IMG/VR virus record: IMGVR_UViG_3300003375_000024
Origin: an uncultured virus (IMG/VR IMGVR_UViG_3300003375_000024)
Lineage: Duplodnaviria > Heunggongvirae > Uroviricota > Caudoviricetes
Reading direction: 5' to 3' (one strand)
DNA: 20,000 bases
The translations under genes and the position numbers were made by a program. Shown piece after piece: positions 1 through 8,239 of this stretch (positions are counted from its first letter, which is position 1; every line of letters starts with the position of its first letter). The notes beneath the pieces were generated by a model. That model made no database searches. It saw only the letters and a program-made list of their open reading frames with translations, and was not told the DNA's origin.

Positions 1-1
1 G

Positions 2-37
2 CAGAAGTTTGCCGAGATGTGCGAAGTTGACAATTAA
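2..37 (+). CDS. 3' end of a gene truncated by the window edge (...QKFAEMCEVDN*)
   Basis: Open frame ending at the TAA inside the cassette core, as seen for other array genes. Confidence 0.5.
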   Translation, partial: QKFAEMCEVDN

Positions 38-55
38 ATCAGGTTAGGCTATAAT
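27..55 (+). promoter_or_regulatory. Consensus sigma70 promoter, representative copy of the cassette
   Basis: TTGACA 27-32, 17-bp spacer, TATAAT 50-55; GGAGA RBS before ATG 87. Confidence 0.92.
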
Positions 56-86
56 TCTTTTACTGAAACGAAACACGGAGAACCAC

Positions 87-353
87 ATGGCAGCAACCCC
101 TCAAGTTCCGGCTATACCAGGTATGACCCCGTTGGGCATCAAGCCCAGTTATGACAAGACCCACAACGGACCGTGGGACCGTGGCTCGGCCGACTCATAC
201 TATCATCGTCCTAGTATCCCGCACTACTATGACTGGTCTACAGGTGATCGCGTCCGAGTAGAGCGGGCCGATATGACGGCTGAGCAGGTGACTGCATATC
301 AGGCTGGCTACCAGTGGAACGAGGACTTCGGTGATAAGAAATCTTGGGAGTAG
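87..353 (+). CDS. Hypothetical phage protein, 88 aa
   Basis: ORF with cassette promoter and ACGGAGA RBS. Confidence 0.85.
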   Translation: MAATPQVPAIPGMTPLGIKPSYDKTHNGPWDRGSADSYYHRPSIPHYYDWSTGDRVRVERADMTAEQVTAYQAGYQWNEDFGDKKSWE

Positions 354-415
354 TTGACAATTAAATCAGGCAGGGCTACAATAGCCCTACTGAAACAAAC
401 CACACGGAGAACCAC

Positions 416-763
416 ATGACTACATTGTTAGAGCGTTTCCAACGTCTGGCACAATATGAAACTGCCACGATTGATAAGTTTAAGCAGGAGTTAGATAAAG
501 ACCCGGCGTATGCCCTGTCATGGGGATGCGAAGTGTTTGCCGCTGCTGCCAAGTTGCGTATACTTAAGCAACTGATCAATGCGCTAGAGGATGAACAGAC
601 TACTACCGAAAATATTCGAGATCATTTAATGGGTCATATTATGCACAAAAGCCGGTACCCTGCACAGAGTACCAGTCCGACCAGTAATCTGATTGAGCAA
701 TATGAACTGGCGGCCTGTGCCAGGATTGTAGGTGATTTACCTCGCTACACTCTTGACAATTAA
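416..763 (+). CDS. Hypothetical phage protein, 115 aa
   Basis: Own promoter/RBS; ends LDN* in the next cassette. Confidence 0.85.
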   Translation: MTTLLERFQRLAQYETATIDKFKQELDKDPAYALSWGCEVFAAAAKLRILKQLINALEDEQTTTENIRDHLMGHIMHKSRYPAQSTSPTSNLIEQYELAACARIVGDLPRYTLDN

Positions 764-814
764 ATCAAGTAGGGCTACAATAGCCCTACTGAAACAAACC
801 ACACGGAGTTAATA

Positions 815-1000
815 ATGGCTAAAGAATTTCAATGTACTACTTGTCATGGCAATAATGTATTGCAGGACGCATGGGTTAGCCTCAACGATCCCGAGGATGT
901 TCAAACCTTTGACCAGACTTACTGCGAGGACTGTGGTGGTGAATGTAATGTTGAAGAGGTAGAAGTGTCGGAAGATGATGATGACGAGGTTGACAATTAA
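815..1000 (+). CDS. Small Zn-ribbon-like protein with acidic tail
   Basis: CTTC...CEDC pairs; own promoter/RBS; ends VDN*. Confidence 0.8.
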   Translation: MAKEFQCTTCHGNNVLQDAWVSLNDPEDVQTFDQTYCEDCGGECNVEEVEVSEDDDDEVDN

Positions 1001-1050
1001 ATCATAGTCGTTTACAATGTAGTTCTTGAAACAAAACTTACGGAGAAATT

Positions 1051-1323
1051 ATGAAACTGCAAGAAATCAAGCATGCCATTAAGTTTGGTGCATTTACCAA
1101 TGACGAGTTGAACACCTTGTCCGAGGCAATTAAGTTTGCTAGAACAGAATTGGTTCACGAAGTAAAGCGTGGGCTTAGCATTGGTGACAATGTTAGCTTT
1201 ACCTCCTCACGTACCGGCAAGGATATCACCGGGGTTGTAGAGAAGATCGCGGTCAAGTATGTTACCGTGCGTACCATTGAAGGTGGCTGGCGCGTACCTG
1301 CCAATATGTTAACGGCAGTTTAG
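1051..1323 (+). CDS. Hypothetical protein, possible SH3/KOW-like C-terminal barrel
   Basis: Own promoter/RBS; IGDNVSF...GVVEKI..KYVTV...WRVP pattern; fold is inference. Confidence 0.8.
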   Translation: MKLQEIKHAIKFGAFTNDELNTLSEAIKFARTELVHEVKRGLSIGDNVSFTSSRTGKDITGVVEKIAVKYVTVRTIEGGWRVPANMLTAV

Positions 1324-1399
1324 TACAGTGGACTAGGTTGACAATTAAATCAACCTAGTCTATAATTACCTTACTGAAACAAACAACACGGAGAAGTAA

Positions 1400-1819
1400 A
1401 TGGCAACTCGTTCAACTATTGCAATTGAAAATGCTGACGGTCTAGTGTTTCAAGTTTATTGTCATTGGGATGGCTATCTGTCGGGTGTAGGTAAGACCCT
1501 GCTTGATCATTATACCACCCCTGAGCAAGTCCATGAATTGATCTCACATGGTGATATTAGTTCACTAGGCACTACGATTGGCACTAAGCATGATTTTAAT
1601 GCTATGGGCCATGATGGCACTACGTTCTATGGTCGTGACCGTGGAGAATCAGGTTGTACAGCACGACTGTTTACCGACTTTTACGATTACACAGCTAACC
1701 ATGAATGTCAAGAGTATGAATACATTATGACCAAGGATGGCGTGTGGTTGGTTAGCAGTGATGGTTATGCTTACACTAGTCTGAAAGATCAGATTGCAAT
1801 GGAATTGTCCTACGACTAA
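1400..1819 (+). CDS. Phage hypothetical protein (MATRS...YCHWDGY type)
   Basis: Own promoter/RBS; motif recalled from phage hypothetical proteins. Confidence 0.85.
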   Translation: MATRSTIAIENADGLVFQVYCHWDGYLSGVGKTLLDHYTTPEQVHELISHGDISSLGTTIGTKHDFNAMGHDGTTFYGRDRGESGCTARLFTDFYDYTANHECQEYEYIMTKDGVWLVSSDGYAYTSLKDQIAMELSYD

Positions 1820-1895
1820 GTGAAGGCAAACGAGGTTGACAATTAAATCAACCTCGTTTACAATGTAGTTACTGAAACGAAACACGGAGCAAGCC

Positions 1896-2123
1896 ATGAA
1901 ATACAGCAAAGTCGTTAACATTGGTAATATGTCAGAAGCCGAGATGCGTAAACTTCAGCCGGGTCAATGGGTCTACACCGACCAAGATCGTCCCTTATGG
2001 CGCGGTCGATTCTGGGGTGTTAAGCCAAGTGGCACCGTTGTTGTTGCGTGGCAAGGCAACGCAGTTAAGCAGTCCAAGTACTGGGAATACCAGTCCATGT
2101 TAAACAACTACGCAAAGGCTTAA
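1896..2123 (+). CDS. Hypothetical protein, 75 aa
   Basis: Own promoter/RBS. Confidence 0.8.
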   Translation: MKYSKVVNIGNMSEAEMRKLQPGQWVYTDQDRPLWRGRFWGVKPSGTVVVAWQGNAVKQSKYWEYQSMLNNYAKA

Positions 2124-2124
2124 T

Positions 2125-2253
2125 ATGTCTAATCAAGAGATCCGGGACTTCTACGACTCAAGTAATATTACGCTTAGGGAATTATCACGAATCACCGGCA
2201 AGAGTCAGGATGATTTGTTTCATATCCTTTGTTGCGAAGGTGATACCTTCTAG
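2125..2253 (+). CDS. 42-aa protein with HTH-like segment (ITLRELSRITGKS); not in ORF track
   Basis: ATG 1 nt after upstream stop; translated by hand: MSNQEIRDFYDSSNITLRELSRITGKSQDDLFHILCCEGDTF. Confidence 0.6.
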   Translation: MSNQEIRDFYDSSNITLRELSRITGKSQDDLFHILCCEGDTF

Positions 2254-2387
2254 TATAACATAGAGGCAGGAGAGGATCCTGCCGGCGGTACTGCCTTCCA
2301 CGGGGAAAATCATGTGAATCATCTGTTGACAATTAAATCAATCTTGTTTACAATGTAGTTATTGAAGCAAACAACACGGAGAACGGC

Positions 2388-2786
2388 ATGAGAAACTTTG
2401 AACTGAAGAAACCTATGCGAGTTTTTGTCTACTTCAATCTACACAAGAAACTCTTTAGTGTAAGAGCATTAGAGGGCGACAAGAAAGGTCTGGTAGTGGC
2501 CCACGTTAATCGTATTCTGATTGATGAGCCAGAGTTTGTGGTATCAGAGGCAGGCAGACAGCGGGTGCTTCGTGAACAGAAGAAGAATGTACACGCCGGT
2601 CTCCGAGGCACCTGGACAGCCTGGGTTGATGGTATTGAAGAGTGGGATCACCTAACTCCTGTTACCTACAATCCATACTTGTACAGTACCTTTGTAGAGA
2701 AGTCAACACTAGCACCGGTACACAAAGCAACCTTTGCTGTGCTGGACAATAAACGTATTTTCGCTGAACTTCAGGAGATAGCATAA
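2388..2786 (+). CDS. Phage hypothetical protein (VYFNLHK...GRQRVLRE..KNVHA...YNPY type)
   Basis: Own promoter/RBS; motif recalled from phage hypothetical proteins. Confidence 0.85.
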   Translation: MRNFELKKPMRVFVYFNLHKKLFSVRALEGDKKGLVVAHVNRILIDEPEFVVSEAGRQRVLREQKKNVHAGLRGTWTAWVDGIEEWDHLTPVTYNPYLYSTFVEKSTLAPVHKATFAVLDNKRIFAELQEIA

Positions 2787-2944
2787 TGGCTAAAGTTTAT
2801 ATCAATGTACAAGTGAAATTGGTGTTGGATACCGAAGATATTAAGGAGGCCATGGACGAGATTGAGTGGTCATTCAACTCAGGGGACTCTTGGGATGTTG
2901 TTGACCAAGAGATGGTCGAGTACGAAGTTTATGATGTCAAATAA
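2786..2944 (+). CDS. 52-aa acidic hypothetical protein; not in ORF track
   Basis: TAATG coupling to the previous gene, AGGAG RBS upstream, open frame to TAA 2942-2944. Confidence 0.75.
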   Translation: MAKVYINVQVKLVLDTEDIKEAMDEIEWSFNSGDSWDVVDQEMVEYEVYDVK

Positions 2945-3037
2945 AGGATCTCTGGTGTATTGACATTTAATTCATTGTCTATTATAATGTAGTTGTAGTG
3001 AATAACCTTTAACCTTTAACAAAGAGAGGAACCCAAA

Positions 3038-3607
3038 ATTCCAAATTGGTGCCAGAATTCCTTAACGATTTCCCACAATGACCCAGCTATGATTGCCCGG
3101 GCTAGACAGGCAGTTAAAGACGACAGGTTGCTTTCTGAATTTATTCCTGTGCCACAAGAATTGGTTGATACGGTATCTGGTGGCTATGCTGACGCAGAGG
3201 AACAGCGCAAGCTAGAGGAGCAGATTGCCAAGAATCTTGAAACCTATGGATGCAAGGACTGGTATGAGTTTTGTATCAATCAATGGGGTACCAAGTGGGA
3301 TATAAATGGCGGTGAGATTGCAGGTGAAAGTGATACCAGTCTGACCATTTATTTTGAAACAGCCTGGAGCCCTCCTATTGAAGCCTATCGTAAGTTGGAT
3401 GAGTTGGGCTTTAATATTGAAGCTATGTATTACGAAGATGGTATGGCGTTTTGTGGCGAGTATACCACAGGGCATGGTGAGAACTCAATCAGTATTACTG
3501 GTGATAGTGACTGGGTTGAGGCGAATGTGCCTAGTCATATTGACGAGGCATTTGCCATTAGTGAGAACATGGCACAATGGGAAGAAGAGGACGAGGTTGA
3601 CAATTAA
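3038..3607 (+). CDS. YubB/DUF1281-like ferredoxin-fold protein; probable start at ATT 3038
   Basis: Motifs (M)PNWCQN, WYEF..NQWGTKW, FETAWSPP; GAGAGGA RBS 7 nt before ATT 3038, in frame with ORF 3089. Confidence 0.75.
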   Translation: MPNWCQNSLTISHNDPAMIARARQAVKDDRLLSEFIPVPQELVDTVSGGYADAEEQRKLEEQIAKNLETYGCKDWYEFCINQWGTKWDINGGEIAGESDTSLTIYFETAWSPPIEAYRKLDELGFNIEAMYYEDGMAFCGEYTTGHGENSISITGDSDWVEANVPSHIDEAFAISENMAQWEEEDEVDN

Positions 3608-3660
3608 ATCAACCAGCTGTACAATGTAGTTCTTGAAGCAAACAACACACGGAGAAACAA

Positions 3661-3924
3661 ATGAAAGTATCTTATCTTACACAGTTTGTAGACCACAAGA
3701 ATTCCTTTGCCAGTTTGTTTAAGCAACCACAGCTTGACATCAGCAACGCACAGGACCGGCAGCGTATCGCCAATATGATAGACGGTGCTCTCTCGCCCGA
3801 GAACTTGACTTGCGACGGTGAACTCAGCCGCACCGAGGTCCAGCGTCGGTACCGAGAGTTAACAGGTGCCGCTAGAGAATTGCTGACACTTGATCCTTCA
3901 GTTAAGTTTTACGAGTACGAATAA
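3661..3924 (+). CDS. Phage hypothetical protein (LSPENLTCDGE motif)
   Basis: Own promoter/RBS. Confidence 0.85.
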   Translation: MKVSYLTQFVDHKNSFASLFKQPQLDISNAQDRQRIANMIDGALSPENLTCDGELSRTEVQRRYRELTGAARELLTLDPSVKFYEYE

Positions 3925-3927
3925 TAC

Positions 3928-3949
3928 CAACGGGGCTTCGGCCCCGTTG
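3928..3949 (+). terminator. cUUCGg-tetraloop hairpin overlapping the next -35
   Basis: CAACGGGGC-TTCG-GCCCCGTTG, 9-bp perfect stem; no poly-U tail. Confidence 0.55.
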
Positions 3950-4005
3950 ACAATTAAATCAGTATCGGCTACAATGTAGTTACTGAAACGAAACACGGAG
4001 TTAAT

Positions 4006-4239
4006 ATGACTACGCTAACCACACCTAGTTACTTGATGTACACCGAAGCAGGCGACGAGGACGTCCACAAGATTGTCGAAGTTGCATTAGCTCTTAAACT
4101 TACCTGGGCAGAAACATATCCCATGCTTGTACGCTTAGCCAAGTTACCAAATCGTGGTGATGCTACAGATACTTCCGTCCGAGAGTGCGTCCATGAAGCT
4201 ATTGGCGCGTTTGACCGTTGCGAACCTTTTTACCTATAA
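4006..4239 (+). CDS. Hypothetical protein, 77 aa
   Basis: Own promoter/RBS. Confidence 0.8.
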   Translation: MTTLTTPSYLMYTEAGDEDVHKIVEVALALKLTWAETYPMLVRLAKLPNRGDATDTSVRECVHEAIGAFDRCEPFYL

Positions 4240-4248
4240 GGCACCATC

Positions 4249-4497
4249 ATGCTAAAGAATTACGTAGTATTGTATCGCATTGAAAGCGTTATGTCACCAC
4301 TAGACGCGCCGTTTGGTTTCCAGTGTTACGCTGAAGACTCCGATCATGCCGAGGAACAATGTCTTAATGCCTATGGTGACTGTGATGTCGTCTGGGTACA
4401 TCAAAGCACCCCAGATGCGGGTATGTCAGAAGCATTGAATGACTATTGGAATAATGGTATCGACGATCATAGTCCATACGGCACCATCAACTCCTAG
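4249..4497 (+). CDS. Hypothetical protein, 82 aa
   Basis: Follows previous gene by 9 nt, AAGG RBS. Confidence 0.75.
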   Translation: MLKNYVVLYRIESVMSPLDAPFGFQCYAEDSDHAEEQCLNAYGDCDVVWVHQSTPDAGMSEALNDYWNNGIDDHSPYGTINS

Positions 4498-4498
4498 G

Positions 4499-4590
4499 AT
4501 CTCAACCTAGAATCTCGGACCTAAAATCTCAACCTAGAATCTTAAACCTAGGTTGAGATTCTAATATCTCGGACCCGGATTTCGCGCGGC
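4499..4590. repeat. Degenerate 13-14 bp tandem repeat (ATCTCAACCTAGA) with one inverted unit
   Basis: Units at 4499, 4512, 4526, 4539, 4566; AATCTCAACCTAG 4525-4537 is inverted as CTAGGTTGAGATT 4548-4560. Confidence 0.85.
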
Positions 4591-4660
4591 AGGTTCACGC
4601 TTGACAATTAAATCATCATGCACTATAATGTTTATACATTAACACACGGGAGCAAGTGAT

Positions 4661-4822
4661 ATGCGTACATATAAAGCGTTCTACAAGGGCAAGTCATGTG
4701 TAGTGATAGCATCGTCATCATATGATGCCCAAGAGCAAGCCGCTAAGTTCTTCGGTGCTCGCAAATCATACCAGGTAGCTATTGTATTGGCTGATGTTGA
4801 AATTGATCCGGCGGGTCTGTAA
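4661..4822 (+). CDS. 53-aa hypothetical protein (MRTYKAFYKGK...); not in ORF track
   Basis: Cassette promoter 4601 and ACGGGAG RBS; TAATG coupling to next gene. Confidence 0.8.
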   Translation: MRTYKAFYKGKSCVVIASSSYDAQEQAAKFFGARKSYQVAIVLADVEIDPAGL

Positions 4823-5010
4823 TGGATGACATTACAATCGTTGTAATTGCCGGTGTTACCGCTATGAATGTGGTAGCGTTTATTGTAGGCTATATCTGGG
4901 GTGGCCACAATGAGCGAGTAGATTGGAATGATTTGATTAAGGAAGGTAAGTTACCACGGCCTGTGGTAGAACCTTATCGGTACTATAATACCGTCAAGTA
5001 CAGGAGATAG
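4822..5010 (+). CDS. Small single-pass membrane protein
   Basis: Hydrophobic N-terminal segment ITIVVIAGVTAMNVVAFIVGYIWG. Confidence 0.75.
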   Translation: MDDITIVVIAGVTAMNVVAFIVGYIWGGHNERVDWNDLIKEGKLPRPVVEPYRYYNTVKYRR

Positions 5011-5012
5011 TT

Positions 5013-5126
5013 ATGTTGGAACGAGGCAAAATTAAAGTGATTACCGAGTTGCTGGCGCAGTGGCAGTCAGGTGAGTTAAGTTCATATGACTTTGCTGAGG
5101 CAGTAAAGAAAGTGTTGTCGGTATAA
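5013..5126 (+). CDS. 37-aa hypothetical protein; not in ORF track
   Basis: AGGAG RBS, ATG 5013, TAA 5124-5126. Confidence 0.6.
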   Translation: MLERGKIKVITELLAQWQSGELSSYDFAEAVKKVLSV

Positions 5127-5135
5127 CCAAGGAGA

Positions 5136-5336
5136 ATGGCAATGTATCCTGACAAGAAGTTCGGACCACGTAAGGGCCTGGAAGGCCCGTTTACCTTTGT
5201 GAATGGCCGTGTCCTGTACTATGACGCCAAAGAAGGCCAGTATTATGATCCGCTAACGGATTTTTTTGTAGACAATGAGGAAATAGCCCTACTTCACGGC
5301 CTTCTGATGCGCCGTATACAGACTAACTCAATTTGA
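5136..5336 (+). CDS. Phage hypothetical protein (GLEGPF...LYYD.KEG.YYD)
   Basis: AAGGAG RBS; its TGA overlaps an inverted cassette core. Confidence 0.8.
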   Translation: MAMYPDKKFGPRKGLEGPFTFVNGRVLYYDAKEGQYYDPLTDFFVDNEEIALLHGLLMRRIQTNSI

Positions 5337-5348
5337 TTTAATTGTCAA
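5320..5348 (-). promoter_or_regulatory. Inverted cassette copy (TTGACA-17-TAGTCT)
   Basis: GATTTAATTGTCAA at 5335-5348. Confidence 0.55.
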
Positions 5349-5409
5349 GTGGTGTTGGAGATGGGTAGCCCCGCTGTCCATCCCGGGAAGCCCCTTCGAA
5401 TACACTACC

Positions 5410-5438
5410 AGTATAACCCCTCCTGATTTAATTGTCAA
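5410..5438 (-). promoter_or_regulatory. Inverted cassette promoter (TTGACA-17-TATACT), back-to-back with forward copy 5452
   Basis: GATTTAATTGTCAA 5425-5438; AGTATA 5410-5415. Confidence 0.75.
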
Positions 5439-5451
5439 GTCAATATAGCGG

Positions 5452-5523
5452 TTGACAATTAAATTCCAGTATGCAATAATTCGTTTGTTGACGAAAGCTG
5501 TATCGCAAAGCGAAAGCTAGCAG
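5452..5523 (+). repeat. Gene-less 72-bp cassette
   Basis: Near-identical to 12875-12946 and 12947-13018; no RBS/ORF. Confidence 0.85.
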
Positions 5524-5594
5524 TTGACAATTAAATCGTAGTCGGTTACAATGTAGTTCTTGAAGCGAAACGAAGTTCTTAAGCGAGAGCAAAT

Positions 5595-5774
5595 ATGTTT
5601 ACTTACAATGAAAGCACCAAGTCGTTTGACAGTGCAACAGAATCTATCTCGCTGTATGAGATAGAGCCGAGCTTGATGTACTCGCTGGTACGCAAGAGCG
5701 CAATTAGTGTTGCTGATTTTGAGCGTTGGCTTCAGCATTGCCAAGACGCATACATAGCGTTTAAAGCGAGTTGA
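5595..5774 (+). CDS. 59-aa hypothetical protein (MFTYNESTKSFD...); not in ORF track
   Basis: Promoter 5524, GAGAG-type RBS, stop is the TGA of the next -35. Confidence 0.7.
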   Translation: MFTYNESTKSFDSATESISLYEIEPSLMYSLVRKSAISVADFERWLQHCQDAYIAFKAS

Positions 5775-5944
5775 CAATTAAATCGTAGTCGTTTACAATG
5801 TAGTTCTTGAAGCGAAACGAGTTCCACGGGAGACTGACGATCATGGTGATACAAGACTTAGCCCGACTAGTCCCGGGCAGGACGCTTGACAATTAAATCA
5901 GTATCGCTTATAATTCTTTTATCGAAACGCAACGGAGAAAGACT

Positions 5945-6331
5945 ATGACCACATTGTTCAGCTTTGAAGCAGACGTTAGCGAGTTGGACCAGGCTCGCTC
6001 GGAGTATAGCGATTTTCACAAAGAAGCATTCGGCTTTCGCCCGCGCTGGGACTACAGCGCAATGACGCTCGCGGACTTTGACCGCGAGTTCGAGTATCTT
6101 GCACAAGAGTGCAAGCGCAATGCAGAACTACGCGCCGAGGCCGAGGCCGCCGCCTCAGTACGTCTTGAGCAGCGCATACTAAGCCTGCTTGAGTGTGGGG
6201 CTAAGAGCCGTGCAATGGCTCTGCGCTGGCTTGACGAAGCCGAAGGCACCAGAGGTGATGTTGACTTTCTGTGCTATTGTCTTGGTGTAGATTACGGCTA
6301 CATCAAGCAAGAAGACCTGCTTGATTCATAG
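5945..6331 (+). CDS. Phage hypothetical protein (YSDFHKEAFGFRPR motif)
   Basis: Own promoter/RBS. Confidence 0.85.
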   Translation: MTTLFSFEADVSELDQARSEYSDFHKEAFGFRPRWDYSAMTLADFDREFEYLAQECKRNAELRAEAEAAASVRLEQRILSLLECGAKSRAMALRWLDEAEGTRGDVDFLCYCLGVDYGYIKQEDLLDS

Positions 6332-6496
6332 GTCTGCCGGCCCATAGGAGAGCCCTGGTGCTCTCCCAGCCATGTGGTTGATACTAACACGTGGGTCTGT
6401 GCAAAAGCAACGCATAGGCTGTTTTAATCTCATTTGACAATTAAATCGTCAGGCTGTACAATGTAGTTCTTGAAGCAAACAACACGGAGAAAGACC

Positions 6497-6787
6497 ATGA
6501 TTTCAGCAGCCAAGCTTGAAGTGTTCACTAAAATGTCATCAGACTCGCTGACAGATATTATGCTTGACCAAGGCTACGACAACAGCGATGAGCCAATTTT
6601 GTTCACGCGGTTCAAGGGAATCAAAACACGCAGTGCGACAAAGCTTGACTTTTTGTACATCGTATCGTATCTAGACGGCCACGTTAAAGGCGGGTTAGCT
6701 GATGCGACTATCATTGTGACATATGATACAATGACAGAAAAGCTTGATGTTGAGTACGCAGATGGCAGAGAATACAACGAAGGTTAA
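6497..6787 (+). CDS. Hypothetical protein; start corrected to the ATG after the RBS
   Basis: ACGGAGA RBS then ATG 6497; track start 6470 lies inside the cassette. Confidence 0.8.
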   Translation: MISAAKLEVFTKMSSDSLTDIMLDQGYDNSDEPILFTRFKGIKTRSATKLDFLYIVSYLDGHVKGGLADATIIVTYDTMTEKLDVEYADGREYNEG

Positions 6788-6792
6788 CTAAA

Positions 6793-6809
6793 AGGGGCTT
6801 AGTGCCCCT
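6793..6809 (+). terminator. GGGGC-TTAGT-GCCCC hairpin just before a -35 (also at 7641-7661 and 13755-13771)
   Basis: Three copies with the same loop, each between a stop codon and the next TTGACA. Confidence 0.55.
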
Positions 6810-6875
6810 GCTGTTGACAATTAAATCGTCATCAGTTAATATATCAGTTCTGAAGCGAAACACACGGGGAAAGAC

Positions 6876-7052
6876 ATGGACCAAAAAGTAGAGCAGTTGC
6901 TAGAAGTGCAAGCGTTACTTCAGCAAGCTATTTACAAGCTGGGCAAAGTGGGCCTCAGGCGTGAGCGTGGCTATCGCACTAAAATGCACGACTTAGTGTT
7001 AGCAATAAATGCTGAGATTGAGAGCCTGCCCCAAGTAGAGCTTGACAATTAA
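6876..7052 (+). CDS. 58-aa helical hypothetical protein; not in ORF track
   Basis: Promoter 6814, ACGGGGA RBS, ends ELDN*. Confidence 0.75.
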   Translation: MDQKVEQLLEVQALLQQAIYKLGKVGLRRERGYRTKMHDLVLAINAEIESLPQVELDN

Positions 7053-7104
7053 ATCGTAGTGTGCGACAATGTAGTTCTTGAAGCAAACGACACGGAGATC
7101 TAAA

Positions 7105-7269
7105 ATGGACCGAATTCAAAAGCTTGAGCAAGTCAATCGCCTCTTGACTATCGCTCATGAGTTACTTCACGACAATGACGAGAAAGCTCTTGCTGACCAA
7201 TTGATTGACGTGATGGATGAAGTCAATGAAGTATTGTACGAATTAGAGCGTGACCCGCTTGACGATTAA
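7105..7269 (+). CDS. 54-aa helical hypothetical protein
   Basis: RBS then ATG 7105; ends LDD* in a TTGACG cassette variant. Confidence 0.75.
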   Translation: MDRIQKLEQVNRLLTIAHELLHDNDEKALADQLIDVMDEVNEVLYELERDPLDD

Positions 7270-7292
7270 ATCATAGTCGAGTACAATGTAGT

Positions 7293-7356
7293 TGTGGCCC
7301 AGTCGTGAGAACGCTTCACGATGCCGCGGATGACCGGGCCTCCGCTAACTCTCTGA
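7293..7356 (+). ncRNA. Candidate small structured RNA in a gene-less cassette
   Basis: Promoter 7259 without RBS/ORF; pairings GGCCC/GGGCC, TCGTGA/TCACGA, GCGGA/TCCGC. Confidence 0.35.
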
Positions 7357-7424
7357 CAGCATCGCTTGACAATTAAATCAAGCGATGCTATAATTCTTTT
7401 ACTGAAACGAAACGGGAGAAATTC

Positions 7425-7637
7425 ATGAAGACAGCAACGGTGCGAGGCGGTACAGTCAAGATTGGTGACTACGTTAGTTTTAAGAGCGACTATGAGCAAT
7501 GCGGGAAAGTCGTTGACATTAAAGACGCATGGGGTGGCACAATGCTAGTGCTTGAGAATGAGAACGGCTTCGGGGGCGATTATCTACAGTATGCTACTCG
7601 CACTCAAGAGATGGCTAGCGACTGCTGGGTAGAGTAA
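7425..7637 (+). CDS. Hypothetical protein, possible SH3/KOW-like barrel
   Basis: Own promoter/RBS; KIGDYVSF...GKVVDI. Confidence 0.8.
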   Translation: MKTATVRGGTVKIGDYVSFKSDYEQCGKVVDIKDAWGGTMLVLENENGFGGDYLQYATRTQEMASDCWVE

Positions 7638-7722
7638 CTAAAGGGGGCTTAGTGCCCTCTTGCTTGACAATTAAATCGTCGTATGAGATAATTCTTTTGT
7701 CGAAACGAAACGGAGAAAGACC

Positions 7723-7920
7723 ATGACTAACGAACAATTCGCTAAAGCATACGAAGCCTACTTAGAGCAAGGTGGTCGTGTGATTGTACTTAAAGCTGCT
7801 AAGCCCCGTAAAGAAGAGCGGTGGTTGTCTAAGCGTTATACTATCGCTAGCATGGGCAATCTAAAGTCCCGTCTCACAGGTATCTCTAGTGTTGACAGAG
7901 TTAAAGACGGTACTGCTTGA
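7723..7920 (+). CDS. Basic hypothetical protein, 65 aa
   Basis: Own promoter/RBS; stop is the TGA of the next -35. Confidence 0.8.
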   Translation: MTNEQFAKAYEAYLEQGGRVIVLKAAKPRKEERWLSKRYTIASMGNLKSRLTGISSVDRVKDGTA

Positions 7921-7974
7921 CAATTAAATCAAGTGGGGCTATAATAGCCCTACTGAAACGCAACGGAGAAAGTA

Positions 7975-8154
7975 ATGCAGACTAAATCGAAAAACCCTAT
8001 CCCACGCAACGGGCTGTTTGCTGAAAAGACTCTTGGCGAGTTACAAGAGTACATTGAGCAGATGTCGGCTAAAGAGAAGGCTTTTGCTTACATGATTATG
8101 ACAATGACAATGAATTCTTGTCATCGTCTTGTAAACGAAGCAGAAACCGTGTAA
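7975..8154 (+). CDS. 59-aa hypothetical protein; not in ORF track
   Basis: Promoter 7917, ACGGAGA RBS, ATG 7975, TAA 8152-8154. Confidence 0.75.
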   Translation: MQTKSKNPIPRNGLFAEKTLGELQEYIEQMSAKEKAFAYMIMTMTMNSCHRLVNEAETV

Positions 8155-8158
8155 TCAG

Positions 8159-8176
8159 GCGGGGGTTCGCCCCCGC
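8159..8176 (+). terminator. GC hairpin with TTCG loop abutting the next -35
   Basis: GCGGGGG-TTCG-CCCCCGC. Confidence 0.55.
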
Positions 8177-8239
8177 TTGACAATTAAATCGCTGTCGTTT
8201 ACAATGTAGTTCTTGAAGCAAACAACACGGAGAAATACC

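Noticed and set aside
27..55. Resemblance of TTGACAATTAAATCA to the trp/tac promoter -35 region (vector contamination)
   Set aside because: Dozens of naturally diverged copies interleaved with phage genes; no lac operator or vector sequence
5811..5885. Possible hammerhead ribozyme (GAAAC ... CTGACGA)
   Set aside because: Core words are present but I could not build stems I-III with acceptable geometry
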